Shown: piece by piece, positions 12,795-23,259 of the stretch
How the letters are laid out: every line of letters starts with the position of its first letter
Numbering within the stretch: the first letter of the stretch is position 1
NCBI GenBank assembly: GCA_002104905.1
Contig: MCFE01000054.1
Coordinates: 124,001-188,000 of the forward strand
Direction of reading: 5' to 3'
DNA length: 64,000 nucleotides
Source: Basidiobolus meristosporus CBS 931.73
Lineage: Eukaryota; Fungi; Basidiobolomycota
Program-made: the position numbers and the translations under genes
Notes under the pieces: generated by a model
Seen by the model: only the letters and a program-made list of their open reading frames with translations
Database searches by the model: none
What the model was told of the DNA's origin: nothing

Positions 12795-14389
12795 GAGTGT
12801 TCTATCCCAGGATATTGATTTCACGTGGATGCGTCGATGTACGGCTAAGGAGGCGCAATGTGGCGGGGGATACACAAGCTGTAGCTCTTGGCTAAGAGAA
12901 GGCAGGCGCCTGACAAGATGGGTCCTCGTAAAATAGATTATTCCTGAGCACTGAGCTTTTTTATCTAGAAGATTCCAACTCGTTCGAAACCTCGCGTGTA
13001 CCAGACTGACAACGTTTGGTGAGAGCCATAATTTCCGGACTGACGGAGATTAAATTGACTGTCAGTGAAGAACTGCAACAATAGAATGTATGAGACTGGA
13101 CACTGGTTCACTCAAGGTTAAGTAGCTAGAAGGTGGGGATTAAGGGGTTGAGTATACGATGGGTTTTATTTGCGCAGCCTAGTCCAAAACACCAATCACC
13201 ATCCATGAGAGCAGTTCGTCAAGCATTCCTTATCACTTCGTGAGATGATAAGCTCAATATGACAAGTTGTGAAGCCACCCGGACCCTAGGAATGGCTGGG
13301 GATCCCAAGCGCTGTGTCTAATGTCAAGAAAGGCATTCTCCCATAATCAGCTTTGGCGTTCAGACTAATCGCACACTGATATCGTACTGGATCAATCCCA
13401 TTCAGTCATGCCTTGTGATGACCGGTATTTAGATGAGTGTAGGTGATTGATCTGTAAAACGGCCCTGATCCCATTCTTTCCCGGTACCTTGGAAGTTCGC
13501 TGGCATGACTGGATTCCTCCTAACGTGAAAAAAGCTACATAATCTTTGGCAGCATACTTAGCCTATGGCCAGATTACAATATAGCCATCTTCTTGGCAGT
13601 AACAGTATACGAGAAGTATTGAGGCACAGCTAAACGTTTCCGATGCCCATGAGGAGTAATCCGACTAATTTTATCCAGCACAGACTCTCATTAGATCAAG
13701 CCATCTCCTTCAAACCATCAATTGATGCGAGGACCTATTTCGACGCCCTTGGGCGAATTTGTGGGAGCAGCTGGCGCTTACCTCCGATCAAATGTGTTCC
13801 CCATGTGGCAAACCAAGCCCATTGATACGAAGCTGATTGATGGCTGATGAATCTATATATAGTGCATCTTCGGTACAAACACGTCAAGCGGATAGTTACA
13901 ACGTCGTTATTGGTGGGTTCGAGAAAAGCAATGAAAAGGATCCCATCCACAATTGGCGGGTTACACTGATAATGCTCACACCACCGTAGATTTAGTTTAT
14001 TTTCCGCAAATCCATATTTTGGCACACTCCCCGTCATGTCCGTCATTGCATTTCCCAACTCGATTTTATATATACATGCTATATATACACTGATCGTTGT
14101 CATGGGTGATTGGCTTATGATTGAATTTAAATTAAATGATGGAAATAGCAAATGACTATTTCCATTTATGACATCATCTCGATGAAAGCCATCCTTTTTA
14201 AGGCATAGACAGCTTTCACTGCTCCTGCAATTCTTCGTCTCAGTAACTCTGCAAACTCACTTGGCGGATCTTAATTTTCGAGGTTCCTTTCCACACATCG
14301 GTGTTTGTACGCTTTCAATAGCCCGTTTCTATTACATAGCCCCTTCAACTCATTTCTTGTACGATATACTGGCATACCAGAACAGTACA

Positions 14390-15709
14390 ATGTATCTGGC
14401 GAGTAAAACCATAAGCGCGCTCCCGACTGTCACTGCTGACGGCCTTGTTGGGACTAATGAGAAGGGCGGATTTTTCAATTTGAAACATCGCTATTCGAAG
14501 AAACTCAACTCAGCACCCGGGTTTTCCAAGGACCTCCTCTCCAAAGGGTCCCAGGAGGTGAAGGGGTTTATGGCCCGTATCGAAATCTCCTCCAGCATCA
14601 TCTTTTGCCTTTACTGTCTACTGTGGTATTCTACCTCCTCCATCACCAATAACATTGGCAAGACCATTTTGACGCACTTTTCCTACCCCGTCACACTTAC
14701 ATTTGTCCAGTTCGGGCTGGTAGCTGTGCTTGCCTTCGTAATTGGGCATGTGTTTGGCCTCACTACGATTCAGGCTCCCACCAGGGATATCCTTCTGCCC
14801 ACCCTGCCTATCAGCTTGTTTGCGATTGGAGGCCATGTATTCTCCAGTGTTGCTCTTTCGCAGGTCCCGGTCAGTTTCGTCCACACCGTCAAGGTACGCT
14901 CCTTTGCAGTGCTCCACATTGCTTTACCACACACTAAATGTTAGTTCCCAATATAGGCTTTAGCTCCTTTGTTTACTGTGATGCTTCACAAATTTATATA
15001 CAACACCGAATATCCAAGCGGCGTCTACGTCTCTTTGCTCCCTCTTACATTGGGAGTGATGCTAGCTTTTACTTTCCAGATGACTGTGTCATTTACCGGC
15101 TTCGCTTATGCGCTTATATCTTGTATAATTTTCGTTGTGCAAAACATGTTCTCCAAAAGAGTCCTTTCAAAAGACCGGAAGAAGCTGGACAAACTGAATA
15201 TCCTGTTTTACTCCTCTCTTTGCTCATTCACGCTGATGCTCCCGCTCTGGTTCTATTCCGAAGGGTTTCATCTTCTTTTCAGTGAGCATTCGATCACACT
15301 TTCTTCGATCTCCACTAGTCAACTACTGCTTGACTACTTCTTGAATGGGCTCTCTCATTTTGCGCAGATCATGTCTTCCTTTACCGTTCTCTCGCTAACA
15401 ACTACCGTCACGTATTCCATCGCCAGTTTATTCAAGCGAGTGTTTGTAATTGTTACTGCCATCATATGGTTCCGCCAATCGGTTAGTTTCATGCAGGTTG
15501 TTGGATTTGCCTTGACTTTCTATGGGCTCTACCTCTACGACCAATCCAAAACACGAAAGAACCTCGAGGCTCCGCTAACGGATCCCAAGCGTGGGGAGAT
15601 TCTACCGACGTTTGCCAACGACAAAGATGGCTCCAAGGTCACCACTTGGTGGCAAATTCAGCCCCAGGATCTCAAGTCGCATCGCCAATATCACAGTAAA
15701 CCTGAGTAA
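14390..15709 (+). CDS. Triose-phosphate transporter / nucleotide-sugar transporter family protein (SLC35E1/Sly41-like), 2 exons
   Basis: CLLWYSTSSITNNIGK, YPVTLTFVQF, VPVSFVHTVKALAPLFTV across the GT-AG intron (~14894-14956), TYSIASLFKRVFVIV. Confidence 0.88.
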
Positions 15710-15984
15710 ATGTCTGGGATGCTGGTTCCAAACTGGATATATCCAACTCAGCCTTGTAGGGTAATTGGGTTGTTCGCGTTCACATTTTCGCTATTCTTGA
15801 TCTCTTTTGTGCTCAATGTAGCTATACGCCTGTATATTGGTGACGTCTTTTTAACCGTATTACTACCCTTTTTGCTGCATTTTTATTGTTTAAAACCTAT
15901 CAACACGGTTGTAACCATGAATCGCCTATCAATATATATATTCACTATTCACTGTGTTGCTGAACCCAGATATGTAATAAAGCT

Positions 15985-16195
15985 TAAACTTTGAAATTCT
16001 AATTACACCTAAATAGTCTATTAGCTTATCACTGAGATCATAGTATATGAATCTTGGAATATCTTGGTAAAATACTCCAGGTAAATTGTGTAAAAGTATA
16101 ATTACCTCTCCTACATTTAATAAATCATCATGTGAAAACCACATAATCAACTTGTTCTCCCAATCACTCCCAATGTCTCCAAGATTCTTATAACA
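15985..16195 (+). mobile_element. Internally deleted, degenerate copia-family LTR (copy G); start approximate
   Basis: Matches the reverse complement of the family LTR (gtgaaaaccacataatc..cttgttctcccaatcac..ctccaagattcttataaca). Confidence 0.7.
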
Positions 16196-16253
16196 GCTTC
16201 TACATGATAAAGAAGCTGGGTTGCATATGGGGCTTCTTGTACCCCATATTAAT

Positions 16254-17020
16254 ACTTGTAAAAATTTGTAATTCCACTTCAATATTCACCTAAGTTAGTT
16301 ACTTAGATCATTATCCACAAATCTTGGTGAGTGCTGACCAAGTTCCTTGTTGGGATTTAATTAGATTATTTTCACCAAAGTATCAGGTACCCAGAACATG
16401 AAAATTCTAAGAGCTGTCTAAGCGGCCCCAAACTTTGCACATATGCTCTTGGAGGCTTTCTGAGCATATTATACATGTTCATTGTGCCAAACTAGGTAAA
16501 AGTATAAAAACTACTCTTACATCCAATAAATTGTCAAGTGATAGCCACATAATCTACTTCTTCTCCCAATCACTTGCAATATCTCCAAGATTCTTGCAAC
16601 AGGCTATAGTCCACAAGCTGTTGCTCTCTGCAATCTCTATTACTGCTATTACTGGAATATTTCTTTGCTGAAAAGTTGGATGGATCTAACTACCATGTGT
16701 GGAAGGTGAAGATGAAGATGCTGCTGCAAGATTGAGGCCTTTGGAATATTGCCATTGGAAAAGAATGCCCTCTTAAAAACATAGGTTAGGAAGCCTCAAA
16801 ATATTGGAAGAAAGAATAAAGTGCTTTCAACTGCATTTGCTGTAATGATAAAGACAAATTGCTGATTCAATGCTCAAGAGCAAAAATGGCAAAAAATACC
16901 TGGAATGCATTAGAAGACATCTACCAGTCATGTTCAGCTGCTGACAAGATGTATCTTAGACAAAAACTCTTTACCACAAAGATGCTGCTAGGAGAAGAAA
17001 TGAAAAATCTAATTAGCCAC
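16254..17020 (+). mobile_element. Degenerate 5'-LTR (16254-16601), eroded PBS and truncated gag of the same copia family, opposite orientation to the full element
   Basis: LTR followed by ggctatagtccacaagctg (compare ggttatgagccccaagctg) and a gag relic EKLDGSNYHVWKVKMKMLLQ with stops and frameshifts. It is truncated at the CACTA sequence at 17021. Confidence 0.85.
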
Positions 17021-17148
17021 CACTATGAAAAATAATTGTAATGATCCTGTCAAAAGGCCATCACAAAATTGTAGTCCCATGGCTAAGAGGTAATGATCCT
17101 ATCAGGACACCATGCAATGAGCACTAAAAAAAATGCACCCAGATTTCA
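17021..17148 (+). repeat. CACTA-starting terminal repeat (~125 bp); inverted partner at ~23133-23260
   Basis: Begins CACTATGAAAAATAATTG. Roughly 75-80% identical by eye to the reverse complement of 23133-23260, with an identical 18-bp core tcaaaaggccatcacaaa. Confidence 0.6.
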
Positions 17149-17453
17149 GAGCTACACTCCAGTGAGGTAGATGCATATGCAGAGAAAGCCAATTTGCCAA
17201 CCACAGCCTCCACATCCTCCATTGTTGACAGAGTGTAGATCCTGCTGACAGACAAAGCTACAACATCACAAACTCAAAAGGTAAGCACCATGCCTTCTGT
17301 GGAATTTTGGAACATTAATAGGCACACCAAGAGGTTGCAGCACTTCTTCAAGAGCAGTGCTCAAGAAAACACACTTGAATATTGCAAGGAGTTCTTGCAA
17401 AGACTAGAAGATGAGGTGCTAGACCTTGCAGTGCTGGCTGAAGACCAGAACAT

Positions 17454-17803
17454 TGTTGTAAGAGTCTTGGAGATATTGGAAGTGATTGGGAGAACAAGTA
17501 GATTATGTGGTTTTCACTTAATGATTTATTGAATGTAAAAGTGGTATTTATACTTTTACATGGTCTTGGCATTACAAACACGTAGAATAGGTTAAGGAAG
17601 GTCCCAAGAACATGTGTGCAAAGTTTGGGGCTGTTTGGACAACTTTGAGAATTTTCATGTTCTGGGTACCTGGTATTTTGGTGAAAAGATTCTAAGTAAA
17701 TCCCGACAAGGAATTTGGTCAGTATTCTCTAGGATTTGAAGGTGGTGATCTAAGTGACTAAGTTAGGTGAATATTTAGGTGGAAAATACGAATTTTTACA
17801 ACA
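17454..17803 (-). repeat. 3' LTR (copy A)
   Basis: TG...CA, 350 bp, preceded on the minus strand by the PPT; left flank AACAT. Confidence 0.97.
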
Positions 17804-17812
17804 CTCCCACTC
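17804..17812 (-). promoter_or_regulatory. Polypurine tract
   Basis: GAGTGGGAG on the minus strand immediately before the 3' LTR and just after the pol stop codon. Confidence 0.8.
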
Positions 17813-17814
17813 AG

Positions 17815-20509
17815 CTAAATGTTCATACTGACTAGTCCTAATTTTGACCTAAGATATTCAAACTTGTCTCTAGCTAATGGTTTGGTAAATATGTCTGCAA
17901 TCATTTCATCTGTAGGACAGTAAACTAAGCTAACTAAGTTATTCTCTATAGCTTCACGTACGAAATGATGTCTAATATCTATGTGCTTGGTTCTAGCATG
18001 AAAAGTTGGATTTCTACCTAATTGTATACATCCTTGATTATCTTGAAATAAAGTAATAGGCGTTTTTTGACATAGGCCTAAATCTGCAAAGAGCTTTCTT
18101 AACCACATTGCTTCTTTTGTAGCTTCACAGGCTGCCATATACTCTGCCTCTGTAGTAGAAAGTGCTACGGTTGGTTGCTTTCTTGAATTCCATGAAATTG
18201 CTCCTTTACAGTAAAGAAAGGTGTATCCTGTGGTGGATCTTCTGTCTTCCAAATTTTGTCCCCAATCAGCATCAGAGTATCCCACAAGATCCTGTTCTGA
18301 ATCCTTATAAGTGTATCTTAAGCAGATATCAGCAGTTCCTTTTAGGTATCTAAAAATCCGCTTAACTGCTGCAATATGATCAGATCCATAATTCTGATTA
18401 TGTTGGCTGACAACTCCCACTGAATATGAGATATCTGGACGTGTTCCAAGCATGATATACATCAGACTGCCGACCATAGATTGATAAGGAAAGTCAGGGC
18501 TTTCAGATGGCACCAAGCTCTCTTGATTTGGTTGAGTTTTGACCAAGTTAAGGTTTGTCTCCATTGGGGTAGCTGCCGGTTTACAGTCTTCCATTTTGTA
18601 CTTCTTTAGTATATCTTGAATATACTTGGATTGGCTTAGGGTAATAGTCTGGGTACTTCTGTCTATGGAGAACTTAATCCCTAAGTAGTAACTAAGTTCT
18701 CCTAGATCGGACATCTTGAACTCCTTAGATAGGCTGGATTTAGTCTCTTCCAATGTTTCTAGGTTATTGGCGGCTATAATAAGATCATCCACATATAGAG
18801 CTAATAGAACTGGATTTGCCCTATCTGGCTTATAGTATATACTATAGTCAGCATTACTCCTTTTGAAACTCAAAGATTCCAAATAAGAATCTATCTTGCA
18901 ATTCCAGGCTCTCGGTGATTGTTTGAGACCATATAGTGACTTTTTAAGCTTGCAGACCAAATGGGGGTTATCTTGGTCAACAAACCCATCAGGCTGGTCC
19001 ATATACACGTCCTCATCAAGTTCTCCATTCAAAAATGCAGTTTTTACATCCATTTGATGAATAAAAAACTTATATTTGGCTGCAATAGCCAATATTAATC
19101 TGATGGAATTAAACTTGGCTACCGGTGCAAAGGTCTCAGTATAGTCAAGTCCTTTTGTTTGAGAGTATCCTTTGGCTACAAGTCTTGCTTTGTATCTTTC
19201 AATTGTACCATCAGCCTTGTACTTTGTCTTGAAGACCCATCTGCATCCAATTGATTTTCGGTTGATTGGTAATTTGACTAAGTCCCAAGTTTGATTTTCC
19301 ATCAGGGCCTGATATTCCTCAGTCATTGCAGATCTCCAAAACTTTGTCTGAGGGCTATTTAGGGCCTCTTTTACAGTCTGGGGTTCATCAACATGGACTG
19401 AATAGGCATAGGCTAAGTTTGTACCCTCATTGATATAGTAATTTGGGCTATTTCTTGTCCGATTGGATCTCCGGGCATTTGATACTGGAATGATCACTTC
19501 TGGGATATTCCTGGGCACTGATTCTGGCTGAACCACGGTTGTAGAGTCCTCTGGAGTGAAAAAATTTTCATTGTTTTGCTCTGATTCAATCCTGACAATT
19601 GGTGGACTTGAGATCAAATTTTCGTCATCATCTGATGTCATTTTTTGTGAAAATTTTGAATTTTCATCAAACAACACATCCCTGGACTTGATCAGCTTCT
19701 TTGCTTCGGTATTGTAGAGTCTGTATGCCTTACTCTCATTGCAGTAGCCCAAAAATATGCATTTTACACTTTTTGGCTCAAATTTTGACTGATTTCCGGC
19801 CAGTTTTTTGGCATATGCTGTACACCCAAATATTCTTAGATGTTCTGCACTTGGTCTGTATCCATACCATGCTTCAAATGGAGTAGAATCACGAAGTATT
19901 CTGTTATAACTCCTATTTTTAAGATATACAGCAGTGGCAACTGATTCCGCCCAAAAATCATAGGATAATTTTTGATCATGGATCATAGATCTTGCCATAT
20001 CAATTATTGATCTATTAGCTCGTTCTGCTACTCCATTTTGCTGTGGGGAGTATGGTACAGTAGTCTCTTGCTTTATCCCATGAATTTTGCAGAAGTGGAT
20101 GAAGAGTTTTGAGGTATATTCTCCACCATTGTCAGAGCGTATTTTCTTGATTTTTTCACCAGTTTCTCTCTCCACCATGGCTTTAAACTCCCTGAGCTTA
20201 GACAGAGCTTCTTCCTTTCTCTCCATGAAGTAGACCCATGTGTATCTTGTATAATCATCAATAAAAGTGATTAAATACTTCATCCCGCCTAAGGATAAAT
20301 TTTGCATAGGTCCACACAGATCTGAGTGAATTAGATCTAATTTTTTCTTAGTTTTGATTAACCCAGAGCTCTTGAACGGTTGTCTGGCTTGTTTCCCATA
20401 TATGCAGGCTTCACAGTGCTCCAAATTAGCTGGGGGATCAATTTTCACTCCAGAAATTAGCTGATCTTTGATCATTTTACGCAAATAATCAAAATTGATG
20501 TGTCCAAAT
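17815..20509 (-). CDS. copia pol, 3' part: integrase, reverse transcriptase, RNase H (stop-free)
   Basis: CEAC, HSDLCGP, FIDDYTR, IRSDNGGEY, PQQNGVAER, KCIFLGY, YKARLVAKG, QMDVKTAFLNG, LYGLKQ, LYVDDL, YSDADW, AEYMA, KHIDIRHHF, ADIFTK. Confidence 0.97.
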
Positions 20510-20860
20510 TGTTGTAAGAGTCTTGGAGATATTGGAAGTGATTTTGGAGAACAAGTAGATTATGTGGTTTTCACTTAATGATTTATTGAATGTAAAAGTA
20601 GTATTTATACTTTTACATGGTCTTGGCATTACAAACACGTAGAATAGGTTAAGGAAGGTCCCAAGAACATGTGTGCAAAGTTTGGGGCTGTTTGGACAAC
20701 TTTGAGAATTTTCATGTTCTGGGTACCTGGTATTTTGGTGAAAATATTCTAAGTAAATCCCAACAAGGAATTTGGTCAGTATTATCTAGGATTTGAAGGT
20801 GATGATCTAAGTGACTAAGTTAGGTGAATATTTAGGTGTAAAATACGAATTTTTACAACA
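20510..20860 (-). mobile_element. Solo LTR (copy B) inserted in the gag-pol of the same family
   Basis: 351-bp TG...CA LTR flanked by CAAAT at 20505-20509 and 20861-20865. Removing it with one TSD restores WHRRFGHINFDYLRKM. Confidence 0.97.
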
Positions 20861-22142
20861 CAAATCTCCTGTGCCAAAGCATTGGTGTTTCTTCATTTAA
20901 GTTACTTATATTGGCTTCCAGATATGATGGAATATAAGTCAACTTGTATAGGTTCTGATCTCTGATGCCCGAAGCAATATGAGCACCATTTTGATCAGTG
21001 ATCCTGCATCCAGAATTGTCAAAACTGAAACTGAGTCCTTCTGCTGTGGCCTTGCTTACAGAGAGTAGGTTCTTGGCTATTTCTAGTACATAGAGTACTT
21101 CTTTAAAGGTCAGTGTATGGCTTCCTTCACTGCTTCTAAGGTTTACTTGGATAGTTCCTTCTCCCACTGCATCAAGTGTTCTATCGTCACCCATGAAAAC
21201 CTTCTTAATTGGGATTTCTTGATATTGGGTAAAAAGTTCTTTTTGGTGTGTAAAGTGTTGAGAAGCTCCAGAGTCAATATACCACGTCTGAGAATCCTTG
21301 TTTGTGGTCATATTTAGTGCAGATATGAATAGTCTATCTTCAGCTGTTGCAGCATTTCCATATTCAGGCTTTTTTTGCTGATAATCTCTCTTTTTGAAAC
21401 ACCGGTCTGATGTGTGTCCTTTCCTTTTGCAGTAGTTGCAAAATAGGTTGCTGTTGCCTTTGTAGGGTCTTGGGTACCTCCTTTGTTGGTTATCATTGCT
21501 TATTAAAGCATTTTCTTCTTCCTTCTTATTGGCGCTTGATTTTCTTAATTCTTCATCCAGGAGCCTTCCATATACGTAATTTAAGGTCAAATCTTCAGTT
21601 CTGGACTCTAGGGCTGATACAAGGCCCTGAAACTCGTCTGTCAGGCTATTCAGGATGGTAACTATCACATCCTCATCAGTAGTTGGTACGCCCACAGATT
21701 CCATCTCATCTACCAGCAGGGTAATTCTGTTAATTAGATTTTTCATTTCTTCTCCTGGCAGCATCTTTGTAGTAAAGAATTTTCTTCTCAGATACATTTT
21801 CTTGGCAGCTGAACATGACTGGTAGGTGTCTTCTAATGCTTTCCAGGCATTCTTTGCCGTTTTTGCTCTTGAGCATTGAATCAGCAATTTGTCCTTGACA
21901 TTAAGGCAAATGCAGTTAAAGGCACTTTGTTCTTTCTTCTGGTACTTCAAGGCTTCCTCTCCCACGTTTTTAGGAGGGCATTCTTCTCCCATGACAATAT
22001 CCCAAAGGCCTCTTTCTTGTAGCAGCATCTTCATCTTCACCTTCCACACTTGGTAGTTAGATCCATCCAACTTTTCAGCAGAGGGAAAAATTCCAGTAAT
22101 AGCAGTAGTAGACATTGCAGAGAGTGACAGCTTGGGGCTCAT
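20861..22142 (-). CDS. copia gag plus protease, 5' part of the polyprotein
   Basis: KLDGSNYQVWKVKM gag start, zinc knuckle CNYCKRKGHTSDRC, protease WYIDSGASQH, pre-integrase LWHRR. It now terminates 3 codons into the solo LTR (TAA 20853-20855). Confidence 0.95.
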
Positions 22143-22146
22143 AACC
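22135..22146 (-). promoter_or_regulatory. Primer-binding site complementary to the anticodon stem-loop of initiator tRNA-Met (half-tRNA priming type)
   Basis: GGTTATGAGCCC directly abuts the 5' LTR; it is not the usual TGG... 3'-CCA-type PBS. Confidence 0.85.
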
Positions 22147-22496
22147 TGTTGTAAGAGTCTTGGAGATATTGGAAGTGATTGGGAGAACAAGTAGATTATG
22201 TGGTTTTCACTTAATGATTTATTGAATGTAAAAGTGGTATTTATACTTTTACCTGGTCTTGGCATTACAAACACGTAGAATAGGTTAAGGAAGGTCCCAA
22301 GAACATGTGTGCAAAGTTTGGGGCTGTTTGGACAACTTTGAGAATTTTCATGTTCTGGGTACCTGGTATTTTGGTGAAAATATTCTAGGTAAATCCCGAC
22401 AAGGAATTTGGTCAGTATTCTCTAGGATTTGAAGGTGGTGATCTAAGTGACTAAGTTAGGTGAATATTTAGGTGGAAAATACGAATTTTTACAACA
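22147..22496 (-). repeat. 5' LTR (copy C)
   Basis: TG...CA, 350 bp, right flank AACAT, followed on the minus strand by the PBS. Confidence 0.97.
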
Positions 22497-22634
22497 AACA
22501 TAAGGGAACCAGTGAAGGAACAGTGGCATAAAGCCATAGGGTTCCTGCCAAAGTCATTGAAACAGAGCATTACAGCTGCCACAGTAAATTTGCTGGTCAA
22601 CACTGATAGTGAGCTCATGGAAGTGGCATCTTCA

Positions 22635-22983
22635 TGTTGTAAAAGTCTTGGAGATATTGGAAGTGATTGGGAGGACAAGTAGATTATGTGGTTTTCACTT
22701 ATTAATTGATTGAATGTAAAAGTAGAATATATACTTTCACATGGTCTTGGCATAAAAAACACATAGGATAGATTAAGGAAGGTTCCAAGAACATGTGTGC
22801 AAAGTTTGGGACTGTTTGGACAAGTTTGCAAATTTTCATGTTCTGGGTACCTGTTATTTTGGTGGAAATATTCTAAGTAAATCCCAACAAGGAATTTGGT
22901 CAGTATTCCCTGGGATTTGAAGGTAATGATCCAAGTGACTAAGTTAGGTGAATATTTAGGTGGAATTACCAGTTTTTACAACA
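22635..22983 (-). mobile_element. Older orphan LTR (copy D)
   Basis: 349 bp TGTTGTAA...TTACAACA, alignable to A and C, no CpG left, no TSD (cttca / gtaag). Confidence 0.9.
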
Positions 22984-23259
22984 GTAAGGAGTGTAAAAAA
23001 GAGGCAGTAGCCAATCAATTTACACAAATGTAGGTGATAGAGCATCTGGGATCCAAAAGTGGGAGAATTGGCAAAGAACCAATCAAAAGCCACTTATGTA
23101 TTGTTGTGATGAGAAATTTTGACCAAGTTTTTGTGAAATCTGGGGTACAATTACTTTCTGATGGTCTTTACATGGTGTCTTGACAGGACCAATACCTCTT
23201 AGTCAGGGGCCTTAAAATTTGTGATGGCCTTTTGATGCGATCATCACAATTATTTCACA

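Larger units (their letters stand above)
17454..22496 (-). mobile_element. Full-length Ty1/copia LTR retrotransposon interrupted by a solo LTR
   Basis: 350-bp LTRs at 17454-17803 and 22147-22496 (3 differences, 8-bp terminal inverted repeat TGTTGTAA/TTACAACA), 5-bp TSD AACAT on both flanks, PBS, PPT and domain order gag-PR-IN-RT-RH. Confidence 0.97.
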
